Shown here one piece after another: positions 1 to 13,584 of a stretch of DNA of 64,000 nucleotides (position 1 is the stretch's first letter; every line of letters begins with the position of its first letter). This DNA is from Diadema antillarum. Taxonomy: Eukaryota. A program made the position numbers and the translations under genes. Under the pieces are notes generated by a model. That model saw only the letters and a program-made list of their open reading frames with translations, was not told the DNA's origin and did no database searches. The stretch is taken from contig NW_027271016.1 of the NCBI RefSeq assembly GCF_040938485.1, positions 1,908,436 to 1,972,435 on the forward strand. Reading direction: 5' to 3'.

Positions 1-18
1 GATTATTCATCTGGTCAG

Positions 19-3000
19 ATGTCAAATAATCCTGCCAGTCAGAGTGAGGCTGCAGGCTGGACCACTAGTAGAGTTGAGGAACACATAAATGATATTGACA
101 AAGAAATGCGGTCTGAGACAGATATTTGTGAAGACGAGCCCCTGGCATTAAAAACAGTAGTAGAGAATGTGAGTAATCAAACTGGAGATGAGCATGGTGA
201 AGAGCTGGATTCCTCATCCAATCAGTTTTCAAAGCATCCTGTTAGTCAGAATGATGTTGCAGGCTTGACGAGTGTAAGAGTTGAGGAACAGCACAATGAT
301 ATGGACAAAGAAATGCAGTCTGGGACAGAACATTTGCAGCCAACAGAAACCAGCCATGAATGCAGTGAAAACCAAGAGATGACTGAACATACTGATGCTA
401 TGGTAGCACCTGATACAAACATTGACATGCAGCAAGATTCAACAGAGAATTCAGTGGTGTCTGACCCTGTATGTGTGGATGAAGCACCCCGTCAGGTTCT
501 ATCTGCAGAAGAAACACTTCCACCACCAAATCTCACCCCTTGGCAGCAAGAATCTGAAGTCAGCACATCTGTGTCTCCTCGAGACAACATGGAGAATGTT
601 GAACATGAACTGGATCCAGGTGCACCACTCTTGACACCAATGGAAATTGATGAGTCTCCTTTGCACAGTACAACCTGTATGGGACAGTCAAGGGAAACAG
701 ATACTATCCTCGAATCAACTGTGTCAGAATCAAGAGAGTCTGCAGAGTTGCCTGAGGGAAATATTGATGATTGCTGTAGCACATCGGGGAGTGAGACCCT
801 AATGATTGATGAAGTGCCTTCCATGCCAGCAGCAAGTGAGACGAATGTATCACAAAACACAGTGCAGAGGAGTGAACGAGCTATGACAGCGTCAGAGGAT
901 CGGGATTCGACCAGTATGGGTCATGATGTGGCTGACAGCTGTGATCCAGAGTCCATGCAGGCACACACGAGTCCAGCTGTGCCCTCCCGTACCTTCACCA
1001 CATCAGACACTCATCAGTCAGCTGAAGTCATCCGTGAACAAGCAACAAAAGGTGTGTGTCATGTTTCAGAAGCTTGGGATGAAGCTCACAACAAAAGCGA
1101 AAAATCTGCACAAAGTGACTCGGACAGAGTGACTCCAGATGCTTCAGGTGCGTCTTCCAGGACCAATATGTCAGAGCCAGATGATGCCAGTTCTTCCACC
1201 CCAAAGCAACAAGAGTGTGCCATTAACTCTGATTTGTCCATTGTCGAAGTTGATGCTGCTGAGGCATCAAGTTTAGTCGGCTCCAAGCATGTGAAGGAAG
1301 GAAAGGTTGACAATGCCTTCAACATAGTGATGGACACTGCTGTCGGGGATTTAACTGTTTCTGGTAGAGACCAACAAACTGCCCAAAAAGAAACAGACAC
1401 ACCCAAAGTGGATACATTGGCAGAGGTAGTACAGACACCTGAGAATGTAAAAGTATGTGTAGGAGATAATATTAATGAATGTAAAACTGCTGAGATGGAT
1501 GTCGAAGGTGAAATAGATGTGGCAAGTGATGCTGTTTCAGAGAAAGGGAGGGAACAAAAAAAATTAGGCAGCTCTTCTGAAGGAGTGGTAATCTCTGAGA
1601 GGAGGAATGCAGATGATCAAAACAGGAATGCATGCACATCATCAGTGTCTGCTGATGAGTCTGTAGGGTCTGTTGACAGGGAAGTTGCATCAAAGGAAGC
1701 ATTTTGTAGCAGTTCTCAAGAAGTACCATGTCAAGTTGATACCGTTAGTACTGCACCTTTTAGAAATAAATCTGATGCAGGAGGGACTACATCCCTTTAT
1801 GAGGAGGGTAATTTTGGTAAAGCCTCAGAGATGCAAGATAGTACATTGAACAGTTGCCATAAAACAACAGCTCCTGTGGGCATAGATGATGCACATTCAA
1901 AATCGCCACATGAAAACATTTCAACAGTGTTGCCATCTCAGCCAGCACAGTCAGAAGATGAAACATGTGGTGGGAATGATACATCAGAAGAAGTGAACTT
2001 AGGTAGAGCAGACGAAACTGTCGTGCTAACTGAAATAAATTCAGAAACAAGAGCACCACTGGATCCAGAAGGCAAAGATATGCCCCTTGAGGAGAGAGCT
2101 CAGAAGGTCAGAAGAGAGCTGATGAACGTTTCAAAAATCATTGAGCAGGTTAGCGGAAATCTTGCAGAGAAGATAGCAGAAGATGTCATTCAGTTCCCTG
2201 AGTTGTTGGGGCAAGAAAATACATCAGCGATGCAGCAGGTGGTCAGTTGTGCTGGAGACAGTCCTACTGATGGTAAAGCAGCTAATCCCTCAATAATGCC
2301 CAAGGCTGACAGTAAACTGAGTGAACTTCAACGTGGTATGGATCAGACAGAAGTCAAGAAACTCGCTTCTGGAGGGGATATTGCCATTCATAAAACAGGG
2401 CAAGAGAGTCAAATTGCTAGCTTGACAGAAATGCAGGATGATGGAGGGATCCAATCTGTTGGTGGTGCAGCAGTGCCTTTGACTTGTCATGCTTGTGAAG
2501 AACCAGAGCCAATGGAGACAGATGCAGATGGTGGTAATCTCTTGATTGCCGAAAATACCTCAGAAACTGTAGATGTGAGGTCCTCTGAAGGAGAATCGTT
2601 AGATTCCAGAATGTCCATCAAGGTCCCAGTCCAAGCTGGACAAACAGTACAGAATAATGAAAGTGGCATTCAAACTGCTAGTGAAATTGCCAGGGTCGAA
2701 GTCCCCACCCAGGTGGATGTGCAGAGTGAGGAAAACAGGGCAAAGCCCACAGTTGTGAGTGACCCACTGTCTGGTCAAAACATTACTGATTCGATTCCCC
2801 AGGCAAGTGAAGATACAGCAACCATCATCTTAGGAGAAATTCTCAAGATGTCGGAGAGCATGAGCAAAGGTGGAGTGACTGTTGCTCCTCTAACCGAAGC
2901 TGGCGTTCCTCAAGAACCTCAGGAGATCTCACAAGTAATGCAGGAGGCAGTAGAGATTGATGATCGAAGTGCATCCAAGAAGGTAGAGCAGAGTATGGTG

Positions 3001-3874
3001 AAGGTAGAGCCGAGCTTGGGGGCATCTGCTTCCGATCAAGTTGTCATCTCATGTGAATTTCTTTCCAAAAGTGATGATGTCATTGAACATTTGCATTATG
3101 AGTCTGCAAGCCAAGAGGTTGTGGACAAAGTTTATGAAATGGAGGTCTCGTCGGTTTGCCGCCAAGCTGATGCTCAATCTGTAACTGGGAAACCCATGCC
3201 GGCAAACCAACTCAAGAAAATGGAGGTCCCGTCGGTTTGCAGTCAAGCTGATGCTCAATCTGTAACTAGGAAGCCCAGGAAGCGATTACTTGCCAAAACA
3301 TGCCGCACAGGGAACTGCTCTTGCAAATACTGTACCAAGGCAAAGAGAGCCAAGCTGGCTGAGGCAGAGAGGGAAGCAGAGGACAATCGCATCAAGAGGA
3401 AACCCATGCCGGCAAACCGATTCAAGAAGCTCTCAATCTCCTTCACCCCAACTGCTGAGACTGTGAAGTGCACCATGTGTACGAAGCAGTTTGAGAATGA
3501 AAAGAGCATGCAGGAGCACTTTGCGTCTGCCCACACCAACCTCACAAAGCTCTGCCCGATGTGTAAGGTGAACTTTGAGAGTGATGTAACCCTGCAAGAG
3601 CACGAGGCAGAACATATGCACAATGGTCTGTTTGTGTGCCTTGTGTGCGGCAGGACTTACAAACAGAAAGCAAATCTTGCCAGGCACTGCGAGACTCACT
3701 CCAAAGACATCAGGGCAAAGGCTACATGTACCAAGGGAGAGGCGTCTCCCACTAATACTGCCAAGCAAGAAGGATTGGGGATGAAGGTGAAGAAGGAACG
3801 GTTTCCGTGCACCCGTTGTGGCAAAGAATTTGTTGACGAAAAGCTGCTGGAAAATCACAAGAGGATTCATACTG
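19..3874 (+). CDS. Large exon of a C2H2 zinc-finger protein gene: a long acidic Ser/Thr-rich disordered region followed by about four C2H2 fingers. The reading frame is open back to position 1, so this exon and the gene 5' end probably lie partly upstream of the window.
   Basis: Uninterrupted 1297-codon ORF with no stop. C-terminal C2H2 motifs (CTMCTKQF...H..H, CPMCKVNF...H..H, CLVCGRTY...H..H, CTRCGKEF...HKRIH). The exon ends ...RIHTG with a GTAAGT donor at 3875..3880. Internal ~81-bp tandem coding duplication at about 3138..3290. Confidence 0.8.
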
Positions 3875-4099
3875 GTAAGTCCTGGGCTTTAAAAAAAGAG
3901 AAAAGAAAATGAGAGTACCAGAGGTGCATCTTAGAGACTTGCCTACAGTGTCAAATTGAGCTGCCAAGGTGAATGTATGATGTGCTGGATGTGATCTAGA
4001 CAATGGGAAACTCACCTCATGCACACAAAGTCTCCACACTTTAAAGGCATAATTTAACATAAATTGCAGATGAAACAAACACCCAGCAGTAGTGCTTCA

Positions 4100-4870
4100 G
4101 AATATATTTGCAGGTCATAAATGTGTGTTAGGGAGAGAAACAACCAATGTAAAAATTTGAACCACTATAATCAGTGTTAAAAGTATTGTTAAATATGCAA
4201 AATGCAGGCAACGTGAACATAGTTTGATAGAAATGTTTCCAGACTAAACCGTTTACACTTATGGTTTAATGAGAAAAAATAATGATATCTCCTTTGTATA
4301 TTTTAGGCTTTATTGCAAAAAAAAAAAAAATATATATATATATATATATATGGTAGGATGTTTTGTGATACAACTGACCTACACATACAATGTATGCATC
4401 AGAAGTGATATGTTGAACATTTTTTAAATCCCTCTTCCCAATGGTAAACAGGACCTTTAAAGGGATGGTACATTATTAGTGGCGATGAGGATTAGGCTTT
4501 TAACTTTGTGCAATATACCAAGAAACCACTTATGAAATAGCATAGAGCTTGCCATTTTAAGAGGAATTATAAGTTCATTTGTTGAAAATCAGTTTTGGAA
4601 TGGCTGAGACATCCAAAAACAAAGTAAAACAAAGCAACCATAATAAAAGTGGGTCCCACCTTTTTTTAGGATTTTTCTGTTTTGGATATCTTAGCCATTT
4701 CAAAATCAATTTTCATCAAATAATTATTGAATCCCTCTTGGAATTACATGCTCTTTCACAATTCATAAGATGTTTCTCATTATCTCACCAAAACCTGAAG
4801 TTAGGTCTCAACCAAAACCATACGATCCCTTTAAAAGTTCCGACATGGCAGATCACAGTTCTTTCACAAA
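4100..4870 (+). repeat. Interspersed repeat family, copy A (~770 bp, non-coding, with an internal hairpin). The two other copies are 37740..38050 and 16150..16580.
   Basis: Long matches between 4110..4470 and 37760..38050, and between 4440..4870 and 16150..16580, for example gaaacaaccaatgtaaaaa...ttttaggctttattgcaaa...ccaatggtaaacag and ttggaatggctgagacatccaaaaa...gccatttcaaaatcaattttcatcaaataa. Confidence 0.75.
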
Positions 4871-5051
4871 ATTCTGAGTCGGACAGATCAAGATTTGGAA
4901 ACAGAATTTCATGTCATGGCAGGTTTGGGTGAGTAATGGCATGTATCTGATGTCTTGGTGTTTACATAGTGTGAGGATGCCATTGTGCTGCCACTCAGTT
5001 GAATGTTTAAGTAACAGTGTTTTGGTCTTCCCACCACCCCTTTCTTTACAG

Positions 5052-5332
5052 GGGAGCTACCCTACCCATGCACAATGTGTAACAAAGCCTTCAAGCTGCC
5101 CAACCAGCTGCGCCTGCACGAGCGGGTGCACACGGGCGAGAAACCGTTTGTCTGCAAATACTGCAACAAGACTTTCCAAAGCAGCAGCAACATGAAGCGG
5201 CACGAGCGCACCCACACCGGCTACAAGCCCTACATCTGTCGCATATGCGACAAGCCACTCAGCGAGAAGTGGATCCTACGCAAGCATGAAAAGACCCACC
5301 TGCACATCGCCGGAATCTCTTTTGACGACTAA
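5052..5332 (+). CDS. Terminal coding exon of the same C2H2 zinc-finger gene, with three more fingers and a TAA stop at 5330..5332.
   Basis: Acceptor tttctttacag|gg at 5050/5051. Phase-1 join gives ...RIHTG-GELPYPCTMCNKAF..., a canonical finger linker. Fingers CTMCNKAF..HERVH, CKYCNKTF..HERTH, CRICDKPL..HEKTH. Confidence 0.8.
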
Positions 5333-6479
5333 GTGGATCCCAGTGTTGGGGATGCTATGTGGAAACCCCCGGCGCAGGTGCCACTCTTAGACCATAGATC
5401 GACAATAACTCTAGAACAAAAACAACTTGCCAACGAGGACGGATGTTGCCAAATCAATTATCATCAAGCAAAATGTAAATTTGTGCGGAAGACTACCAGC
5501 CGTGTCATCATGAAAAATATGTTCAGATACAAGCTTTTGAGCCCTATGCAATATTTTTCATGCACAGTTGAATGATTGCTGAATGGAGGAGCCTGTTTGA
5601 ATCACTCAAGACTTTCAGGGAAAGGATGACTTATGCTGATAACAGAAATCTTTCAGTCACATGCTTTCTGCATTCAAATTCTTAGCCATTTATAAGATGA
5701 ATAATGACATTTTCAAACCTCTGATATTTCAGTCCAGCATCTTTAATTCTACAGTGTATCTATACATTGTATCTTTGAAGACAGCAGAAATAGATTTTTT
5801 TTTTCTGTACTACATATTTAGTATGTCAATGATGTTAGAGTCTGTTTACACCATGTATATTGGAAAAGGCAGTCAAGGTCATACACATTCTATGATGTTC
5901 TGGCTTGTAAATGATGATATGTAAGTCTTGATGGAGTGCTTTTTATTTTATCGTTGTTGATATCAAATCGTAGCAGAGATACAGCGTTGAGGGGCATCAT
6001 GTTTTTCTTTTTCTTCAAAATCTTATAAAACAAATAGACACATCACTAGCAGGAGATTTTGAAGAATATCTTTGTAGGCAAGCTGATTTTTTTTTTAGTG
6101 GGACTGGTGCTGCTTTGACTTTAAGAAACAAAGACATAGGTTTAGCAGCAATTAAAGCACCCCTAGTTGATAAAAGTACCTACACACAGAAATTGCATAC
6201 ATTTGAAAAGGTTCCTTCTCAAGTTTGTTTCCCCTTTGTAAGATTTTCAGTGTGCGAGTCCTAGTCCCCGCCCACCCATTCCATCAAACTTCCTATGGAG
6301 GTTCGAAAGCATGTTTTTTGTACCCCTGCATACACAAAGTGTACCAGGGGATATATAGGAATCAACGTGTAGTTTGTGTGTTCGGACGGTCGGATGGTCC
6401 ATTGCAAATCTTGTGTGGAAAACTCCCTGTACAGTTTTGAATCAATTTAGATGAAATTTAGTGTTCATGATGAAATTGA

Positions 6480-7030
6480 GGTGTAGATGTGGTTGTGTTT
6501 GTCGGAGAAAGCGTTGTCATGGTAACCACAACGATCTAACTACTTCCACAGTATATAAGCAATTTATTTCAAATTGGTGGACATTATGGCATTGAGGTAC
6601 AGACGTGGAAGACCTGATTTTTGTGTTTGCCAAACAAAATGTTGCCATGGTAACTGTATACCAGATGAAGTGTTGCTATGGTAACCACAATTTTACCAAA
6701 ACTTTGTGGAGCGAACTAAATGCACAGTATTTGAGCAATTTATTTCAAAATTGGTGTGTATGATATCAGTTGTAGTTATGCAAGACACTCCATATGTTTG
6801 TACCTGACAAGGAATTGCCATGGAAACTGCATATTTTCTTTAAAATCTTGTGGAATGAACTACTTCCACAATTGTGAAGTTATTGAAACCAAATTTGGTT
6901 GACATTATGGCTTTGAGGTTTAGGTGTGGAGACCTGGTTTTTGTGTTTGCCAGACAAAGCATTACCATGGTAACCACAATTTTACCAAGACTTTGTAAAT
7001 CATATTACTTCCACAGCATTCAAGCATACC
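6480..7030 (+). repeat. Tandem satellite, about 4-5 units of ~120 bp (ttgccatggtaaccacaa...acttccacag...ggtggacattatggc.ttgaggt..ag..gtggaagacctgatttttgtgtttgcca.acaaa). The same unit recurs inverted at 37440..37680 and 38050..38190.
   Basis: Periodicity and shared motifs read directly. Confidence 0.75.
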
Positions 7031-8559
7031 TGTGTATGTACACAGGTGTAGATACATGCAAGACACCATAGGAGTGTGAGCTGCCGGAGCGGTTGTATTA
7101 AATAATCACCTTCAGTGATAGTTCTAGTTTTAATTGCATCACTTTTCAGATTTGTCTGTATGAAGAAAACATTTTGGCATTCTAGACCAGAGAATGTCTC
7201 TCTGGTTGTCCGAGTGAATGGAAGGTCCTCTATATTGTGAAAGTTGAGGATCGTATTCGTAAAAAAGTATTCCATTATTGTGCAAAAACTGCACGCAGTA
7301 CATCTAAATATTTGTTCTGGCAGTCAGGAATGAGTGAATTACACCAGAACACAGGGGACACCTTTTTGCTGGCCATTCTATGCTATCAAGCAGAGTCTTC
7401 ACTTTAATAGTGTTCCACGTAAGTCTTTTCTGGTAGGAATACAAGTGTAAATCTGATGTAACCTGCAAAGTGGGATTACGGCTGACATGCCCCATTTGCC
7501 ACGTGGCAATAATTAATTGAGTTTCAGTCAGTCTTTTTGAGCAAGAAACAAGGAAATCTGTAGGCCAGACTAAATGAGCGTTTTGGCTTTCCCCCACCAT
7601 GTTCAGCATCATGGTTGATGTTGCCATGTGTAGGAGCGTAATCGTTACATGACGACTTACTACAACTTCAGCAGAGTTGTTGTCCATCTCTGTGGGCACA
7701 TAGCAGTAATAGGTGGTCTGGCTTGAGCATTTTGAAGGCTGCCCCTTATGGTGGTTTTCATATTTCCAAGGGTGTAGGATGCCTTCATCATGGCATGAAG
7801 AATCATGTTTCATCTTTAGCTTGGGCCTTCTTGTTTTGTTGAGTGAATAGAAGTGAACAGGTTGAATGAGTTCAGTGAGGAACATCAATGTTTCAACAGA
7901 CATTGCATCTTTTATTTGCAGTCAACATGTACATACATGTAGAAATTGACACAGTATATGTATTCCAGAGTCATCTGTTTTCATGTAAATATGAGTGCTT
8001 GTATTTTTCTCCAAACTCTACAAAGTGGCAGAGTGACCAAGTCAAGAAAGCGTTTGTGGTGCACAGGTTGTTTTCACTATCTAAAGGCAGGAAATGTACA
8101 GCACGCACTGTTTATTGAAAACGAGACTTTGCAGTTGTAAAGTTGATAGTCAAAATTGCTCCCGCTTCCCCGCCCCCTCCCGAAATGTAGATGGAATGAA
8201 TGGAAGGTACAGCAGTCATAGCATTTACACATTGCCTTCCAATGAAGGAAACCTTCGCTATTTAAGTGGATGGAGAACTGCACTTAAAACCTGAGCACCT
8301 GCATGAGGAAGTGATTACATAGTTAATGCTCTCCCCTGAATAGGAATTGTTAATTCTCAGTAAGAACTATGCATGCATCTCTCAAAGGCATTTCCTTCTC
8401 CCACTGTTTATTTGCACTGCTTGAAAGAAATTATAGTTCCTGCTTATGTGACAAGGTAGAGCAAGAAAGATATAAGATGTACAATGATTTTTGTGTTTAA
8501 TTTGGCTATCAATGTGATTGTGTAAGAACATGTGCATTGTTGTCATACAGGGGACTAGG

Positions 8560-8700
8560 GCAGTTATGCCCTGGGCAATTGCCCTAGACCCTTCCCCGGA
8601 CCCTAACCCAAATCCCAATCCTGAACTTAATCCTAACCCTAACCCAAACTCCATACCCTAAACCTAAACCTATCCCTAATCTTTACTCTGACCGTTAATA
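8560..8700 (+). repeat. Degenerate telomere-like (CCCTAA-like) array inside a repeat element. An inverted homologous copy lies at 11290..11420.
   Basis: ccctaacccaaatcccaatcctgaacttaatcctaaccctaacccaaactccataccctaaacctaaacctatccctaatc. The flank gcagttatgccctgggcaattgccc is similar to 11270..11300 in reverse complement. Confidence 0.7.
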
Positions 8701-10962
8701 TTACTTGCCAGTATTATGCCGGGGGTAATTGCCCTCGGGGGTACAATGTATTTGCCCAGACACGGTTACACAGTATTATATTTACTGCACTTGTAATACT
8801 TGTGATATCTCTGAATCATATGTTTGTTTTTTTTTTTAAATAAAGTGTGGAGTCACTCTCAGAGGGTAGAATTAGATTTTGGTAAATTTTCCAGTGTTTG
8901 TAGGTTTGTCCAAGAATGAAGGCCATATTACATACAGCCTGTGATTTGCCAGTTGAAACGAATGCCCAGTGTTCTATTTTTTTCTTTAAATGCCATTTGC
9001 TGGCAGCAAAAGGCAAATTTAATCATTACTCAAAGTCCCATTTCAGAAAAGAATTGATAAATGTAGAAAGGTGGGTTATTTTGAGTGCTCTTTTGAAGCA
9101 TTTGGAGGCAAGTAATTAATGCATCAACATGAATGTTATAAGAATATGGGTGTCAAGAAAACAGACACTAAACAAACGAGTGAGGGGATAAAGAAAATTG
9201 GATGGTGATGTCACTTCTGAGTGAAAAAAAAATGGAATATATGTATATGTGTGACAAAAATATCAGCTGTGCATACAATCGTCCCCACATCTTTGCTTTA
9301 CATGTATTAGAAAACTTGCCTGAGTCGACCCTCTCATTACGTATTATGACATTTCTTTTTTCTTTTTTTGGGGTGAGGAAAGCAGTACGTTGCATTTGAC
9401 TAATGCAAGAGTGGGAGTGGTGGAAGGGACCTTCTTTCATCCAAGGTGCAACATAACTGAGGTTTACAACAAATGAAAGAGTGTGAAGTGTCCCTTTAAA
9501 TCTCTTTTGCAGCCGCTCACACCGTCTCCCCTGGATAGATGTGCTTTGCATGGATTCCTGGATTTGGAGGAAACATCTTATATATTCATGTATGTATTTG
9601 CAAGGGATGCTAGCATTTGTACATTTTTTGTATTGGCATCTGAATAAGAGCAGAATTCATCCTCCAGTCACCAAAGCAGTGAAGAAGAGATTTATCACAA
9701 TTTTCTTTTAATGTTAGCATTATGCTTGTGAAATGCTGAATGTGCAAATAATTTGTGATTTTTTTTAAATCAAAATTTTGAGTTTACCATCTCACCAATT
9801 ATATTTAAAGTGATACAATGTGATTTTTTTAATTGTAAAACTGTGATTGCATGATGCCTGTGAGGTTTGTGATAGGTGTATACATTTGTATACGCACATC
9901 CTTGTCTCGTGTCTGTGTATCCCAAGCAGTAGTGTGAAGGGAATATTGTAATTATTAAACTGTAAAGCAGGAGTTGGGAAATGTTTACAACTGAAAAACA
10001 ATGTTGCAATTTTTGCTCTGAATTGTGACTAGTGTTAAGTCATTCGCCTTGCCAATTCATTAACTGTTTACTTTTTGTGGTCGTTTTCATGCACTGTAAG
10101 TTTGAATCGTCCCCCATCGCTTTTTTTTTCTTAAATCTTGATTTGTGTGCAAAAAGGGCAGTAAAAATGTTATAGCTGCAGCCGTATGATGATCATGCAG
10201 TTTGCAAATTGAGAAAATGTAGAGAAATGGACTTGGTCACAACTCACCCTCTATATATTTTGGACTGTGTGTCATTGTGATGTAGATTTAGAGATGGAAG
10301 AAGAAGAAGCGATGTCAGTTTTGCGTCTATAAATAAAAAAATACCATGTTTAACTTACTTTACTGGTTCTTCTACTCTTGCCTTCTATATCTTTCTTGTC
10401 TGTATGTGTTGCTTGGCTGTACTTTGTGCACATTGTTGTCATGTGTTAGTAGAATACACATACATACATATATCAAATACTTATCTTCTGTTTCTGTAAC
10501 TTGATTTGGTCGATTTGGCACCTTTTGGCATTTATTTTGTTTACATGTAGTTGTACAGTGTACTCCTGTTATAACGAACACGGTTACAGCGAAATGAAAA
10601 TTCAGGCCGCAACATTATCCGCTCTATATGTTTTTTAATTATTTATTTGTTCGGGTATAACAAAATTTTGATGCGATGAAAGAAAACTGCCGGTCCCGAT
10701 GACTTCGTTATATCGGGAGTCCGCTGTACTGTGCAAGTAATACATAAGCCTACATATACATGGTTGTGCACTATAACCAGAAATCTGTTATCAAAGGTAC
10801 ACACACTATCTTAGTCTACCATAACAAATCAAATGATGCATGCTCTGTCGTGGCATATCTAAAATGTGATGCACACCTTGTGCATGTAATTACAAATGAC
10901 TCAGTTTGCGGTCGAGTTGGTCGTTTGCATTTGCACGAGGTAATTAGTCGGAAGGCTCTTAG

Positions 10963-11200
10963 GCCCGAATTCACGAAGGTGGTACAATTGAAACCATGGT
11001 TTAAACCATGGACAGTTTGTATGGAGCGCCAAGTGTTGCATGGCCTATTTCATTATGAAATAAGTCATTTTGTCGTTTGTCATTTTGTCGACAAAATGAC
11101 TGATTTCGTAGTGAAATAGGCCATGCAACACTTGGCGCTCCATACAAATTGTCCATGGTTTAAACCATGGTTTCAATTGTACCACCTTCGTGACTTCAGG
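10963..11200. repeat. ~240-bp almost perfect palindrome (hairpin or foldback MITE-like element) centred on a GTCGAC site.
   Basis: cccgaattcacgaaggtggtacaattgaaaccatggtttaaaccatggacag...gtcgac...ctgtccatggtttaaaccatggtttcaattgtaccaccttcgtga. The two arms are reverse complements with a few mismatches near the centre. Confidence 0.85.
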
Positions 11201-11289
11201 CCTAAAAGTTTGCTTGTCATTGCAGTGAAGTAGACAATTAACTGATCATTGTGTCTTCAACATATCAGGACAGTTATCCCCCAGGGAAA

Positions 11290-11420
11290 ATTACCCCTGG
11301 CTAAAATTACCTACTTAGTTATAGTAAAGATTATGGTTAGGGTTATAGAGTTAGAATTTGAGTTAGAGTTAGGATTAGGATAAGGACTAAGTTTAGGGTC
11401 AGGTGAAGGGTCTGGAGTAA
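11290..11420 (-). repeat. Inverted copy of the telomere-like degenerate (TTAGGG-like) repeat element.
   Basis: ggttagggttatagagttagaatttgagttagagttaggattaggataaggactaagtttagggtcagg. Confidence 0.7.
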
Positions 11421-12315
11421 TTGTCCTAAAACAGTCTTCAATAACACTTTTTGCTACATCTCGTTGCATAGTCTTGCTATTGACAACTCTGCTGGTGAGA
11501 AGTACCCTGTACAACTGTGTGTGTGTGTATTATTATTATGTAATAAATGTTTTTTTGTTTTTTACACAACGCATAGAGAGAAAACTCTTGGAGTGCAACT
11601 TTAGTGATAGTAAAGATCTGTTTTTATTGTACAGTGTACTTTGTCCACAAGTACTGAAAATCACACTTTCGACAACATATACACAATCAATACAGCAATA
11701 AATAAAAACCAAGCATACAATTCTACATTGAAGTCCAACTATAATACATGTACATGTATATAATGTAGGCCATGTGATGGGCATATAAAACTCAATTTCC
11801 ACAATATAAGGCAAGTTATTCAAGAAAAGTTACCTTTCAGTAATTATTGACAGACACCTATGTACAATGCACTGTGACAATTGATCATGATAATATGTTG
11901 CCGGGGGAAGGGGGGATGAGTGGTAAAACTAATTCCGTTGTGACTAGAGCACGGATAATTGCACTTTGAAACTTGTATCTACAACAAGAGTTTATGTTAC
12001 CATCACATTACTGTACTGGGCATCAGCGAATACAAGAGAGAGAGAGAGAGAGAGATCTATCCTGTTTTAGAACTTGCAAAAACTTCAAAGAACGTAGAAG
12101 GAACTATCATATATGTAAGGTATTCTAGTGATGCATTAAAAAGGTATACATCAGTGTATTTTTGTCTGCTTGATTCGCATATACAATGTCTGAGAATGTT
12201 CAATGCAACTTAAACTTCCCAACAGGCTATCGTACTAAACTGGCCGTGTAATAAAACACAGTTTTGTCTCTACTGTTGCGCATGCACAAAGCATACACCT
12301 GGGCATCATTTCATA

Positions 12316-12462
12316 AAAGTTGTCAGCTTGACAAGTTGTCAGTCTCTGATAATTACTGTTTTCAGTAAAATCATAGGTTTTGATTGGCTGAGAAGCTCTG
12401 CATGGTCACTGACTGTAACTAAATGGTAATTGTCAGAGACAACTTGTCAGGGCTGACGAGTG
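12316..12462. repeat. Small hairpin element: ~32-bp inverted repeats (cagcttgacaagttgtcagtctctgataattac / gtaattgtcagagacaacttgtcagggctgac) flanking an ~80-bp spacer.
   Basis: Inverted repeat read directly. Confidence 0.5.
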
Positions 12463-13584
12463 CAATGGTATCATCTGTTTCAAGCTCTGAGTGGGATCAG
12501 CACTGTTGCAGAAATCCTATAAGCTCTCATGTTAAATATGCAGAGTAACTGGTTTTCACAATTTATGCTTCATGTAGGTTCTAGATATCGATTATAGATA
12601 CATGTACATAATAATTATACTGAATGGCTTTATTTCATGGAATACCAGGGAAAAATTTCACTTGTTAGGGTCAATATCCCCTCTTATCCCATTCATTGCT
12701 GACCAATATCATATGATTATTCATACCTTATGTTTTTAAAGCATTTCAGTGCTTTGTTCGCCAGGTGGCACAGACGCTGGAGTCCTCTATCACTGTAATA
12801 TATGCCATATGTTTAGTGAGTCTAAATTTTTGCGAATCGGGACTTCCCGACAATTTCTCGAGTGGTTAAATTTGCGATCGTGGAGTACTGTACTGAACAG
12901 AGAAATGTATACATGTGTGTCACATTCATATCGGGATCAGAGTCATTATTTTCGCATGTGTTTAATTTTGCGAAAAGTACCTAACTCGCAAAATTCGCGA
13001 AAATAAAAACCTTGCAAAATATTCGGCGTATACAGTATTCGGCACAGGTGCCTGGAAACTTATTGTCAATAAATAAAGATCATCGCACCTATTTATCTGT
13101 TGCTTGAGGCCAATAAAGAATTTAAAAATATATATACAAAACAAAACTAAGCATTATTACTGCAGGAATACATATGTCGGGACAGGATCCAAAAATATTT
13201 CACACATTTACAAATTTTATGGGCGCAATTAGTTTCAAAGTTTGAAATCTTTTCTGGTGACCACCTTTCTTACCTTTCCTGTGACACGTTTTTGAATACA
13301 AAGCAAAGCAAAGTAAATCATAATTTTTGGACAGCCTTTGTGATGACTGGTCACATACTTCGGAGAAGAGTTGATAAGGACACTTATGATTACTACGTGA
13401 TCGCAAAATTTGGGCTCCTAAGGTACATTTCCTTGTAGCATAACCCCCTCCCCCCTCCCCTACTTGATAAAGCAATATTTAGCTTAAATCCTTATATGCC
13501 AAGGCACTTATCTTGAACTTGAAAAGCTTTTTCAACACAATCCATTAATCTATCCAAACTTGACCTAGTTGTAAAGTTAGCTAG

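Noticed and set aside
8560-8700. Possible chromosome end (telomere).
   Set aside because: The repeats are degenerate, short, embedded in an interspersed element, and present in two internal inverted copies. This is an interstitial telomere-like sequence, not a terminal array.
10760-11119. 119-aa ORF.
   Set aside because: It spans one arm and the centre of the 240-bp palindrome, has no coding character, and starts at a non-ATG codon allowed by the ORF caller.
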